Counted from the whole stretch's first letter, positions 45,457 through 57,187 are shown. The stretch is DNA of 63,958 bases, filler included, from Salisapilia sapeloensis CBS 127946 (GCA_023334545.1; 12 parts of 12 records of this genome joined end to end with filler, not necessarily neighbours in it); one strand, 5' to 3'. Numbers and translations: made by a program. Notes: a model not told the origin generated them from the letters alone.

Positions 45457-47484
45457 AAGATCTGTCGATGTTGGAGGAGAAGATTGATCGAGCTCAGTCG
45501 AAGGGTAATGAGGACGAAGGCCCAAGTTTCCACGATGAAGAGGAGTGGGGTGACGAGTTTCTCGCCATCAAGCCGTGGAAGGGCGCCATCGTGCCTCCGA
45601 CGAACCCGCCCACAGACCTATCTCCGTCTGCACCGAACGTATCGCTTCATCTTGGGTGGGCCTTCGGGTACAGCGCCCAATCCAGCCCTCACACCGTGCA
45701 TTACTGTACGGACTCGAGTACTGAAATCGTCTACCCGGCAGCAGCAACCTGTGTCATCTTGAATACGAAGACACGCACACAGCGGTACCAGCTGAGCCAC
45801 ACCGATGACGTCCTGTGCACCGCCGTGCATCCCAAGTTACCAATCGTCGCGAGTGGCCAGATCGGGAAGACGCCTCTCATCGTCGTCTGGGAAACATCGT
45901 CGATGGCAGCCAAGTGCACACTCCGAGGGTTCCACCAGCGCGCGGTCTTGCGGCTAGCCTTTCAGAGTGCGACTCTCCTGATATCGGTCGGTGCGGATGA
46001 TGATCATAGCGTGGCGGTGTACGAATCTCTGGATCAGTGGCAGACTGCGTCGCTCAAGTGGTCGACGAGAGGCAACAAGCGACCATTGACAGACCTGGCG
46101 GTGTCATCCTCGACGATCCTCACATGCGGTCCGAAGCACATCGAGTTCTACAATGTGTCCGGGAGGGTGCTCAAGTCGAGTCGAGCGATCTTGGGCAGAA
46201 AGGGGACGCTGCAGCTATTCTCGGTGGCAACGTTCACATCCGGAGGCAAGTCGGAGCAAGCGGTTGTCGGCACAGGTGATGGAAAGCTATACATCTTCCG
46301 TGGCAACGACCTGCAGACGAGTGTCCAGGCCCACAACGGACCTGTCCAGGCACTGCACGCTTCTGGTAGCAAAGTTCTGTCTGCCGGTAGGGATGGATCG
46401 ATTTTGGTGTGGAACGACACGGTCGATCGGATCGTGACTCGACTCAACCTGAAAGATTTGGGCATCTATAAGCCGATGATACCCGGATGTTCACTTCGCG
46501 TTCGGAGTCTCTGTTTGGTATCTCAGAAGTCGACGCTGCTGGTTGGAACGCAGGCCTCTGAAATATATGAAATCGACATGGCGTCTGGACGGAGCCGCTC
46601 GGACGGTCCGATCGTGACTGGTCATTGCCGAGGAGAGGTCTGGGGACTTGCCACGCATCCATCCAAACATCAGTGCTGCACAGTTGGAGACGATGCCACG
46701 CTACGCGTATGGGATTGCGAGTCGAACACAGAGCTCATGCGAGTGATACTGGATTGCGCTGCACGTGCGTGTGCGTACTCGTCGGACGGAGCCATGGTCG
46801 CAGTGGGTCTCGGTAAGGACGAAGGCTCTAGCGCTTTCCATGCCAAAGGTAAGCGAAGTACGAGCGGAGGAGGTTTCTCTATATTCTCGGCGACGGACTT
46901 GTCCTTGATCCATGGACCTCGTTTCGATGCGAGACAGTGGATCAGCGATATCAAGTTCTCTCCGGACCATCGAGTACTCGCTGTCGGCAGCCATGACTGC
47001 GGAATCTACTTCTACGATGTCGTTCGGAGTTTCAAGAAGCTCCGTGTGCACCGAAAGCACACGAGCTATATAACGCACCTGGATTTCTCGTCAGACAGCA
47101 AGAGTCTTCAAAGCACATGCGGAGGGTATGAGCTTCTTTTCTGCGATGTGGTGTCGGGTAAGCAGATCACGAATGCGACGTCGATGCGTGACGAGCACTG
47201 GAGCTCGATGACGTCGACACTCGGGTGGTCGGTGCAGGGCATTTGGCCACCTGCGAGCGACGGGACGGACGTGAACGCGGTGGATCGGTCGAAAGACGGT
47301 CGGCTGCTGGCGACGGCGGACGACTTTGGGACGGTGAAGCTGTTCCGGTACCCGTGTGCTTTCGAGACCGCTTCGAGTGTAAGTCTGCATGGTCATGCAT
47401 CTCACGTGACGAATGTACGTTGGACGTTCAAGGATTTATCTCTAATCACCACAGGAGGTAACGACCGATGTGTGTTCGTTTGGA
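45457..47484 (+). CDS. Echinoderm microtubule-associated protein-like (EML; HELP + WD40), internal fragment
   Basis: LHLGWAFGYS (HELP), HTDDVLCTAVHP..VASGQIG, GHCRGEVWGLATHP, HTSYITHLDFS, DGTDVNAVDRS, GHASHVTNVRW. Open across the whole contig. Confidence 0.92.
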
Positions 47485-47584
47485 NNNNNNNNNNNNNNNN
47501 NNNNNNNNNNNNNNNNNNNNNNNNNNNNTTAATTAATTAANNNNNNNNNNNNNNNNNNNNNNNNNNNNNNNNNNNNNNNNNNNN
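47485..47584. other. Artificial contig spacer 7
   Basis: N44-TTAATTAATTAA-N44. Confidence 0.98.
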
Positions 47585-47725
47585 TCGTGTATGACTGCGA
47601 CTCATTCATGAATCGAGAGCCGCTCGAGTCGACTATGATACCATAAGGTCGAGATCTCTCCGGCAGAACAGGGAAATTGCCACCTGTGTTCGGATCCTGC
47701 ATGGTTGGCATCCACCAGGCATCGT
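47585..47725 (-). pseudogene. kstD: 5'-truncated KstD-like copy (middle of the protein), continues off-contig
   Basis: (N)DAWWMPTMQDPNTGGNFPVLPERSRPYGIIVDSSGSRFMNESQSYT. Upstream there is an in-frame TGA and only ~260 nt before the next gene, so the N-terminal FAD-binding half is absent. Confidence 0.75.
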
Positions 47726-47983
47726 TCAGTGTCATTCCCATGGACACCTGGCATCTTGGAAGGTTGCCGAGATCTAGCGGTCATGCAAGGTTGCCAAAGA
47801 GGTCTTAATGGGAAGAGTATATAGTACGAGATTGGCATTGTGTGCTTGTTGATACTGGAAGGTTTGGTTACAAGAGTGTATCATAGTAGATGCACCGAAG
47901 TAATGTTAAGAATAAATTTGTGGTCAGTTTCAAGATGTACTCTGACAACCAAATTGAAAGATAGTACATTCCTTCATTTACGT

Positions 47984-50732
47984 ATGACTACGGAGCGAAA
48001 GGTGCTGCCATCTACCTTTCATACGGATCCGGACAATCTGATCGACTCTATCGAATCGGCTACTAACCAAGTAGAGCATGAAGACAAAGTTCATAAAGGC
48101 TTGCATTCTAAGTCAGCTCGCTTGTCAACGCAGTCCACACTGCACGCAGAGAAATACGCTCAGCTGACCAAAGCTCGACGAAAAGCAATGACCATGAGGT
48201 CACTATTAGGCAAGAGAGGTGATACTATCTACAAAGACCAGGAGCATGAGAAGAATGCAAAAGGGTCACGAAGCCAGGATCTACCGTTCACCGAGAGGAT
48301 CGCGTACAGTATCGATGGATACATTTCTACTCGTCCAGGACAAACAGTCTTCCTAGGCATCGTCGGTGTCGTTATCGTACTGCTTGGAGGACTCTTCTTA
48401 AAGCTAGTCCGACTACACGAACGCATCTCGAAAATGATATGGGTCAGTTGGACGTACCTGAGTAATCCTGGAAGTCACGTAGAGGAAGAAGCTTGGGTAA
48501 GTCGCCCACACATCGTCGACATAATAAATAGAGATAACTCTGTATCATTTGTAGGAGCTGCGAACAGTGGGTGCCATCGCGACACTCGTGGGTATTCTCT
48601 ACTTTAGTGTCGTCATGGGTTTCGTCGTGGACGGTATTCGAGCTAAAATGGACAGTTTGAAGAAAGGAAAGAGCCGAGTCGCTGAGCGCGGCCACACGGT
48701 GTGCTTCGCATCTGCCGTCTTACTAATCGAGGTTTGATGCTAAGCTCTTGTATAGCTGCTACTGGGTTGGACAGACAAATCACTCTCGCTCATTCGACAG
48801 ATATGCCTCGCCAACGAAAGTGAACATGGTGGCGTTGTCGTCGTTCTTGCCGAAGGCGAGAAAGAAAAGTTAGAGGCAGATCTAGCTTCTAACATTTCCA
48901 AGAAAGAGTTGCGTGGTACTAAAGTCGTCTTTCGAATGGGAAGTCCTTTGCTGTCCGTTGATCTACTCAAAGTTTCCGCACATCGGGCTAAAAGTATCAT
49001 CATACTTGCAAACGTTACGGGTGATGCGGACAGATCCGATTCGACCGTGCTGCGAACTGTACTCAGTCTACGCACGTTGCCAAAGGTATCTGACTTGTAT
49101 TTGATTAAAATTTTCAACTACTTTTCTTACCTATTGTAATAGCTACAAGGGTTCATCGTAGCTGAGCTTCGGGACATCGATAACGAGCCGTTGGTTCGGC
49201 TCGTCGGTGGGGAAGATGTGGAAATCTTGGTATCACATGATATTGTCGGGCGCCTAATCCTGACAGCAGCTAGATCTCCTGGCCTCGCACGTGTCTTCTC
49301 TTGCTTGCTAGGGTTTGAAGGAAACGAGTTTTACTTTAAAGCCTGGCCAGAATGCATCCACGTTCAGTTTGGTAACTTGGCCGAGAGGTTTCCGAATGCC
49401 ATTCCACTTGGCATCAAGCGTGCAAATGGAGATGTCCTAGTGTTCCCACCATTTACAACGACGGTTAAAAGAGGGGATGAGATCCTGGTCTTAGCAGAAG
49501 ATGATGATACGTACAAAGCGTGTGCTCCCGTAGAAATCTACCCTGGACATGCACCCGATTACATTCCTCACCAGCATTTACAAGAGAAGATTTTAGTCTG
49601 TGGGTGGCGAAGGGATATTCGAGACATGATTGCGCTCCTCGATTGCCTCGTAGAGAAAGGAACGGAGCTGCACATGGTGTGTGAGCAAGGACCAGTAAAG
49701 TTCCGCAATCGATTACTTCGACAAAGTGGACTGGATGTAGATGGACTCGAAAATCTCACCTTGCATCACCACTATGGGAACACTGCCATCCGTCGGCACC
49801 TCGAAGCGTTAGACCTGAACTCTTTTACGTCCATCATGATTCTAGCAGATCAATCGCGTGAAGATGATATTATGCATTCGGACTCGTACTGTCTAGCAAC
49901 CTTGCTGCTCATTCGTGATCTACAGGCACGAGCTGCCAAGGAAGCAAAGGTCGACGCATCCTCCAGAGAACTTTGTCAGTGCATCAGCGAGATCCTCGAT
50001 CCGCGCACACAGCGCACTATCTCGACAAACGCCACTATCTTGCAGCTATCCGAATTTATCCAGAGCAATGAGCTCGTGAGCTGCATCCTGGCGATGATCT
50101 CTGAAAGCCGTGACGTACGTGGCTTGTTGGATGAGCTTCTAGGGTCCAGTGGTGCGTCATTTGAAGTCCAGAACGCGCTCTACTACTGCGCTCCGGGTGA
50201 AAAAGTTTCGTTCTGGCAACTCAGTAAGCGAGCCATGGACTCGGACGAGATACTCTGCGGCTATCAACAGCGCAACTCGATCGATATCACGGTTTTGAAT
50301 CCGCCTGACAAGGACGTCCAAAGGACGTGGGACGACACGGATCTCATCGTACTTCGCTCAAAACCTGTCAATGAAGAGCGCCCGCTGCCAGCAGCCGTCT
50401 CAGAGTTTGAACGGAAAGCTACTTCCGAGTACAGCGAAGCGTCTATGGTTCGAAGTGGAGTGCTCGATGCTCTCATTGCCGAGTCCGAGATGCTGAAAAC
50501 TGATTTTAGACAACAAAGTGATGCGGCATTCATCCAAGCAAAACCATCTTTTCATGAGCTTTCCACTGCACAGGAAGAATACACGATGGATGATGCGTCC
50601 ATTAAAAAGCTCATCCAGACATCTAGACTCCTAGCAAACGCACTAGAGGAACGACTGGAGCAGCCAGATAGCCACCAAAGCGGCCGAAGACCAAGCTCAT
50701 CTAGTTACGAGCAAGTCGAGAGTTTCATGTAA
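47984..50732 (+). CDS. CASTOR/POLLUX/DMI1-family cation channel (RCK domains), multi-exon
   Basis: MDSLKKGKSRVAERGH, LLLGWTDK, GGVVVVLAEGEKE, FRMGSPLLSVDLLKVSA, AELRDIDNEPLVRLVGG, VSHDIVGRL, LLGFEGNEFYFKAWPE. Introns at 48497-48554 and later. Confidence 0.9.
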
Positions 50733-50763
50733 AGTGTCCAAATATCTTAACTGTTGCATTTGT

Positions 50764-51231
50764 CTACAAGGCTACAATCTCTAGCTCTGTCGCATTAGAC
50801 GAATGGCTCTTTTCCTTTTCCTGTCGAATCCGATGTTCCAGCGCTTCGATCGTCTCCACGTCCGACGCCGCGTGAATCTCCTCCAGCATCAACTGAAGGT
50901 CATCATTTTTACGAATGCTACTTATCTCTTCCTCCAACGCCTGATTCTCTTGTCTTAGTACCTCCAATCTCCCTCCATCCTCCTCAAATGTCCTCGGTTG
51001 TCGCTTCGGCAGAAATCCACTCTCCAGCACCTCTCTCGTCCACTGCGCATTCCGTTGGTGCCTCGTAAACGCCTGGTGTTTCGTCAGTCGCAACTGTCTT
51101 CGTTGCTCGGTAGAAAGTTGTAGCCGAGTCGTGGAAGACGCTGGGACACTAACCAAGCTTGGCTTCTGGTTCGATAACTCCATCGCTACTGGCTCGAGCG
51201 GCTTCTTTCCGTCGTTACTAATTCGGAACAT
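50764..51231 (-). CDS. Hypothetical coiled-coil protein
   Basis: 155-aa ORF filling the gap between the channel and DNAJC7; LEVLRQENQALEEEISSIR heptads. Confidence 0.5.
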   Translation of the reverse strand: MFRISNDGKKPLEPVAMELSNQKPSLVSVPASSTTRLQLSTEQRRQLRLTKHQAFTRHQRNAQWTREVLESGFLPKRQPRTFEEDGGRLEVLRQENQALEEEISSIRKNDDLQLMLEEIHAASDVETIEALEHRIRQEKEKSHSSNATELEIVAL

Positions 51232-51321
51232 CCGTTCGGAAGGCCCTGAAGGATACGACTAAAGTGAGATTTTCAGCCGACCCTGGCCTTAAACTGCGAA
51301 CTGCTGGTCGAGAGGGCGACG

Positions 51322-52927
51322 ATGGGGCCGGACGAACTCAAGGCCGAAGGGAACGAACTGTACAAGCGAGGCAAGTATGAGCAAGCCATCGAAAAGTACA
51401 CACAAGCCATCGACCAAGCACCGACGGTCGTCGCGTACTATGGCAATCGCGCCGCGGCTGCCTTCATGATCGGACGCTACCGCGATGTCATCACGGATTG
51501 CAACCGCGCGACGGTCTTTGACCCGACGTACTACAAGGGATACATTCGTAAAGCTAAGGCTCAACTAGCTCTTGTACATCTACTTATATCAATAGCTTAT
51601 TTCGCCCAGCTAACGCCCATGTAGGGTGAAAGTGACGAAGCGATGAAAACGTACCAAGCAGGTCTCATCCGAGATCCGAACCACGAGACGCTACTTGCCG
51701 AGAAACGACAGCTAGAAATTGCACTAGATAAACTACAGAGAGGAAAGGATCATCTCGAGAATGAACGCTATATGCAGGCTGCACACTGCTTCGAAGGCGC
51801 GCAGGCGATCTGCACCGGCGATCGAGACATTAAGCTCGGCCGTGCCGAAGCCTTGATCGGCTGTGAGCGCTACAGCGACGCTTTCTCCGCGCTCACGCAG
51901 CTCATGCGATCGGATCCAGGCAGCGGAGACGTCCTCTTCCTGCGCGCCAGGTGTCTCTACTACCAAGGCGAGTTCGCGAGCGCCATCAAGCACCTGCAGC
52001 AAGCTCTGCGGTCGGACCCGGACAACTCGGCCTACTCGCGCGAGATCAAGCGCATCCGGTCGCTCGAGAACAGCAAGCAAGAGGCCAATGAGCTCTTTAA
52101 GAAGGGACAGCTTGCCGAAGCCATCGACAAGTACGCCGAGTGCCTTCAGATCGATCCGAAGAACAAGTCGTTCAATTCTAAGATCCATTGCAATCGCGCG
52201 AATGCCCTCTCGCGTCTCTCTCGCTTTGAAGAAGCGATCAAGGATTGTGACAAGGCGACGTACTACGATCCGAGCTACGCCAAAGCGTATCTGCGGAAAG
52301 CAGCTTGTTACAAGCAATTGGGCGGGAAAGAGAACTTGGAGAAGGCGCTTCGAGAGTACGATGAAGCGATGAAGATGGTTGGGGAGGATGCACGACGTGA
52401 CATTCAGCGTAGTATTCGTGAAACCAAGCTCGAGATTAAGAAAGCGAATCGAAAGGACTACTACAAGATCTTGAACGTCGGTCAGAATGCGACGGAAGCG
52501 GAGCTTAAGAAGGCGTACAAGAAGCTTGCGCTCAAGTACCATCCGGATCGGCACATGGGCAAGACGGACGAGGAACAAGCGGCGGCGGAAGCTGCGTTCA
52601 AGGACGTTGGAGAAGCCTATGACGTGCTGTCGGACCCGCAGAAGAAGCAGCGGTATGACTCGGGCGTCGATCTAGAGGACATGGAGGGAGACTTTGGCGG
52701 TGCGGCTGGAGGCATGGGCGGCGTCGATCCGTCGCAAATCTTCCAGGTAGCGATACTTGATACTAGTAGCTATACTTTCTTTATTAATCGTATGACTGTA
52801 GATGTTCTTTGGCGGAGGAGGCATGGGTGGCGGCATGGGTGGTATGGGTGGCATGGGTGGCATGGGCGGCATGGGCGGAGGTCCGCGAGGTAGTCAAAAC
52901 GGAAACGTGCGGTTCCATTTCGGATAG
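51322..52927 (+). CDS. DNAJC7: TPR + J-domain co-chaperone (DnaJ subfamily C member 7 / TPR2), 3 exons
   Basis: [26 protein letters not shown] TPRs. J domain [21 protein letters not shown]. The last exon after intron 52747-52801 ends GGM repeats..NVRFHFG*. Confidence 0.93.
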
Positions 52928-53090
52928 ATTTTACAATGAAAACGTTCTAGTTGAATGCCATACATGTACCTCTTGCTTCCTGTCTTCTTGTCTTGTAGTT
53001 TCTCCAAGTCGCATCCTGTCCATCCGACCTGGTACGCCACCTCGTTTTGATTCGGAACTGACGCCGCACGCCAGACACTCGCCTACGATC

Positions 53091-54413
53091 ATGGAACGAC
53101 CGACGAAAATGAGGCGCACGAGCGACCTTGGTGACAAGGCACCAGAACAAGGCATGAACAAGTATGACGGATATCAAGTGCCTCGTGAAGGCTTTATCCT
53201 CGAACGCATTCACGTCGAACACATCACGCCAGACGATTTCTTCCGTGACTACGTCGCGAAACGCAAGCCAGTTGTGCTACAAGGGCTACTGCCGGATGCA
53301 AAGTTCCAGGCGCATAAGAAATGGACGAATGAGTACTTGACCGAGACGGCGGGGGACGAGGAGCTACAAGTGGAGGAACGGGAGGACGGGAACGCTCGCT
53401 TCGGCCGTGGTCATAAAGTGACCATGCCGTTCCAACGGCTATTGGAGCTCGTGGCAGACGGAGATGACCGGCACTACCTCACGACGCAGGAACTGAGTGT
53501 CGAAGATGATGAAACGGGACGAATGGAAATCCTTGCGCCGTTCATGAAGAGACTGCAGCACGACTTCCCGTTGCGACCAAAGCTATTAGGGAACCTCGTG
53601 CCGCAGAATATCAATGTCTGGATGGGCAATACGACCAAGAACGGCGTCTCGTCCTCTGGATTGCACCATGACTTTCATGATAACCTGTACATACTCCTGC
53701 GTGGACGCAAGCGCTTCCGTCTATATGCACCGTCCGATGCCGAGAAGATGTACTTGAAAGGCTCGCTTGCCTACGTCCATGCAAATGGCTTGATCAACTA
53801 CGAAGGGGCAGAAACCACGGCGTCTGGGGCTGACCAGATATCCGAGGATGAAGCTGCTGCGACGGACGAGTTCGAACGAGTGAAGAAGGAGCTGGCTGAA
53901 GCCGAAACTGCTGTGAACAACGGAGAACCTGATGGCGAGGCACGTCTCGAGGCGGTGGAAAGCCGTATGGAAGAAGCCATGCAGAACATGCTCGAGTCGC
54001 AGTTCGGACAAGTCGGACAGGAATCCAGCGAGGAAGACGAAGAGGGCGAACCGGAAGACGAGGAGGAAGAGCCTAAGGAGGAGGAAGAGCCTAAGGAAGA
54101 GGAAGAAGTGGATCCGCCTAGCTTTAGTCAAATCGACACGAGTCGACTCGAGTCCGAAGAGGCCAAGGCGAAACTGTACGCCGAGTTCCCAAAGTTTAAG
54201 CAAGCTACGACTGCCTTTTGTGATTTGGAAGTTGGCGAGATGCTCTACCTCCCAGCGTCGTGGTTTCATGAAGTGCAGTCCTTCGGATCGGATAATGGAC
54301 ATTTGGCACTCAACTACTGGTACCACCCTCCGGATCAACTGGACAACTTTGAGAAGCCATACAAGTCGTCGTACTGGCCTCGAGACTGGGCTGCGAGAGA
54401 GTTGCAAGAGTAG
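53091..54413 (+). CDS. JmjC/cupin-like 2-oxoglutarate Fe(II) oxygenase
   Basis: KRKPVVLQG, NVWMG..SGLHHDFHDNLYILLRGRKRF (HxD), GEMLYLPASWFHEV (distal His). Confidence 0.88.
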   Translation: MERPTKMRRTSDLGDKAPEQGMNKYDGYQVPREGFILERIHVEHITPDDFFRDYVAKRKPVVLQGLLPDAKFQAHKKWTNEYLTETAGDEELQVEEREDGNARFGRGHKVTMPFQRLLELVADGDDRHYLTTQELSVEDDETGRMEILAPFMKRLQHDFPLRPKLLGNLVPQNINVWMGNTTKNGVSSSGLHHDFHDNLYILLRGRKRFRLYAPSDAEKMYLKGSLAYVHANGLINYEGAETTASGADQISEDEAAATDEFERVKKELAEAETAVNNGEPDGEARLEAVESRMEEAMQNMLESQFGQVGQESSEEDEEGEPEDEEEEPKEEEEPKEEEEVDPPSFSQIDTSRLESEEAKAKLYAEFPKFKQATTAFCDLEVGEMLYLPASWFHEVQSFGSDNGHLALNYWYHPPDQLDNFEKPYKSSYWPRDWAARELQE

Positions 54414-54544
54414 GAAAGAAAGAGAAGGACTTGATTTTGAATACATCTCGTGCATCTCACGTGCTACAGTCATATTCCTATGTTTGACCTGGACGATACG
54501 GATACTAGAGATGGATAATATCGATATGAAAAGACTGGAGTAGA

Positions 54545-56446
54545 TCACGTTAGTGACTTGACACTAGACGATCGACCACTGCAGGATGCCACAGACGAGT
54601 GTCTCGACAACGAGGCCACCGAGCTCTTCCGTGCTTTTGCTGCTGCCATTGCAAACGCCGTAACGACTGCTTTCGCGTCGTCTGGACCGACAGCTTCCAC
54701 TGTAGAACTCTTGACGGTCTTACTATTGCTCGAAGGCCCGTCGTACAAGATAGCTCCTTCTTGCACTTCCACCACGGAAGAACTGACTGAATCTCGTGAC
54801 CGAGTCGGTTGATGATGCCAGCTCTTCCTCCACCCACCAGAGAATGTCTTTCGTAAGCGTGATCGAAATCCGACTTGAGCTTTAGTGAAAGTAGCAGGTC
54901 CTCGCTCCGACGTCAGTCGTTGATATGGAGCTGCGCACCCTTGAGAGATCTGTCGAACGTCTTGCTGACGAGTAGATTCCTCATCAGGTTTCCGAAGAGC
55001 CTTTCGCATATTGGGCGTCACGCCTTTCACTTCCACAGCTTCTGGTCGGTCGATCGCTCGAGAAGAAAGCTCGTCGTCGAGTTCCACGATGAACCAATTG
55101 TACGTCCCCGAGCGTCCATTCTCACCGACTGTGAGCCTCGTGTACATGCCGGAAGTGTACTGATTCGAAGAAACTTCCTTGAGCATGATACTTGGTCCGC
55201 CGCCATAGATGCGATGAAATATGAACCACACCGCTTGACTGATGACTCGATAATCTCCATCATCTTCTTCTTGGTTACCAATCCCTTGCACAAGTCCTTC
55301 CTTCGGAACAAGCTTCCCATTATAGAAATTCAGTAAAGCGTAGTTTGATACTGGTCCAGGCCGGCAGTCGTCTACTCCAGCCATCTCGATGGAGCTCATT
55401 TGAGACGAGGATAAGCCCGTGACACTTGTATCCAGCGAGACGCCCTTACTTGGTTCCACTCGAACGTATCGTAGCCATTGCTTCAGCCACTTGGCATCTA
55501 TGACGTAAAACGTTCCTTTGGCATTTCTCCGAGAGATAGCTCGAGCTTGGAGAACTTCATTCAGCTCTCCGACGCGAGAGGCAGAAGTCGACGTGGTACT
55601 TGAGAAACTGGAAAGCAGTTCTAGACAAGGGCTAACCGGTGCACCTTTGGACTTTTTATCCGAACGATATGTATATGGAAATCCACCAGCTTTCGAGTCT
55701 GGCAACCGCTCGACACGGATGTCACGTTGCGCTGCCATGTTCTTGAGCGTACCAGCGCACTTGCTGCATGTTCGCTGTGCAGTGTTGTTCTTAAGAAGGT
55801 GGTGGCTTTGATCCTTGGTGCTGAATGGAAACAGCGTTCGTGTCATGGAGCAGTCATTGCATGCGAGCTGTCCACAGAGGCGGCAGTGGTGGCGTCTTCG
55901 AGTAAGATTGAACGATATCATGCAGATTTGACAGCGGGAGCTCGCAGTGTCCGGAACCCACTTGGCGGCTGCATCCGGATTCGAGTAGAAGCTATGCTGC
56001 TCCATCTTCCACGGGAAGAACGTAATCGAGTACATCGCTCGCCGCTTCTTTAGACTGCGAGCAAAGCTGGCGTTACCGGATCGGTGCCACGTCGATGAGT
56101 CTGAGGTTGGCATCGCTAGCTCGGCACTAGATGCCGATTTCTCAGCTTTCTTCTTCTTCGATGACGTCGTAGCACTAAGGGCATACGATTGAGGTGGAGT
56201 TCTAGGCATGCGCTCTAGCGATAGTCGAGCACTGCTTCCTCGAGTTGCACTCGGTCGGCGTGGCGAGTCGACGTGGGTTCGTCGGCTAAGGTTGACTCGA
56301 ATGCCATCCGTGAGGGAGCGCATGCTGGATCGCAAGAGCCTCGTAGTGGACTTCTTCTGGTCTAGCTCAGATGCAAGCAAGTCCGGATCTGCGTCTTCGT
56401 GCGCTGGACTGACCATCATCCAGTTGTCATCGTGGAGCGTTGCCAT
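54545..56446 (-). CDS. FYVE + DUSP domain protein
   Basis: FYVE: WVPDTASSRCQIC..FNLTRRRHHCRLCGQLACNDCS..RTCSKC. DUSP: FYVIDAKWLKQWLRYV..PGPVSN..DYRVISQAVWFIFHRIYGGGPSI. Confidence 0.85.
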   Translation of the reverse strand: MATLHDDNWMMVSPAHEDADPDLLASELDQKKSTTRLLRSSMRSLTDGIRVNLSRRTHVDSPRRPSATRGSSARLSLERMPRTPPQSYALSATTSSKKKKAEKSASSAELAMPTSDSSTWHRSGNASFARSLKKRRAMYSITFFPWKMEQHSFYSNPDAAAKWVPDTASSRCQICMISFNLTRRRHHCRLCGQLACNDCSMTRTLFPFSTKDQSHHLLKNNTAQRTCSKCAGTLKNMAAQRDIRVERLPDSKAGGFPYTYRSDKKSKGAPVSPCLELLSSFSSTTSTSASRVGELNEVLQARAISRRNAKGTFYVIDAKWLKQWLRYVRVEPSKGVSLDTSVTGLSSSQMSSIEMAGVDDCRPGPVSNYALLNFYNGKLVPKEGLVQGIGNQEEDDGDYRVISQAVWFIFHRIYGGGPSIMLKEVSSNQYTSGMYTRLTVGENGRSGTYNWFIVELDDELSSRAIDRPEAVEVKGVTPNMRKALRKPDEESTRQQDVRQISQGCAAPYQRLTSERGPATFTKAQVGFRSRLRKTFSGGWRKSWHHQPTRSRDSVSSSVVEVQEGAILYDGPSSNSKTVKSSTVEAVGPDDAKAVVTAFAMAAAKARKSSVASLSRHSSVASCSGRSSSVKSLT

Positions 56447-56866
56447 GGAAACCTCGCGGAAGTCGTGCCTTTAACTGTTCGCTATAGAGCCAAACGAGTT
56501 GGACAGGCTCGATTCAAAAGTCGAACGTATCGACCTCGTACCTGACGCCCGTATGGATTCGAAAGAGAGAATGAACTTCGCCACGACAGCCTCCGCGAAA
56601 GGCCGTGCTATTTCTTCTACGTACGACATTATGCTGGACTCAAGATTACTACGTCTCGATCGAGCCGACTTGCGTGGACGTAGCTAACTCAGCAAGCACT
56701 TAGCATGCCTTTTCATGTCGATACTTATTAAAAGGTGCCGCGCAGTGCGATCAAGCGCCAGCAGACACGACGAAGAAGAGGTGCATGCCAAACGGACTAA
56801 AAAAATGACATTGCTTAATGTTCAAATTTATATTTCTTTCTATGCGAACCTTCTTCGCATATCAGG

Positions 56867-57187
56867 TCATGCGATCTGGATGATGCGTTCCATGAAGGTG
56901 GAGGCAAAGGTCATGGCTGGACCTAGCGTTCCTCCAGCTCCAGGGTATATTCTTCCCATGACCGACGCTGACGTGTTGCCTGTAGCGTACAAGCCCTGGA
57001 TAACCGATCCATCTTCACGGACCACTCGAGCGTGCTCGTCCGTCATGAGACCACCTTTGGTGCCAATGTCTCCTGGGAAGATCCTAGTCGCGTAGAACGG
57101 TCCAACTTCAAGCGGTCCCAAGTTCGGGTTCGGCGTCACCTTCGGGTCGCCATAGAAGTTGTCATAAGGAGACTCTCCCCGACCAAA
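56867..57187 (-). CDS. kstD: KstD-like flavoprotein, 3' part with a replaced C-terminal tail; 5' part off-contig
   Basis: [54 protein letters not shown], then unrelated [11 protein letters not shown]. Three SNPs versus the 35.3-kb copy; similarity stops abruptly at 56902. Confidence 0.85.
   Translation of the reverse strand, partial: FGRGESPYDNFYGDPKVTPNPNLGPLEVGPFYATRIFPGDIGTKGGLMTDEHARVVREDGSVIQGLYATGNTSASVMGRIYPGAGGTLGPAMTFASTFMERIIQIA

Noticed and set aside
52809-53090. Long ORF 52809-54413 as a DNAJC7-JmjC fusion
   Set aside because: DNAJC7 ends in another frame at 52927 (NVRFHFG*). The upstream part of the JmjC ORF is off-frame overlap and intergenic sequence.
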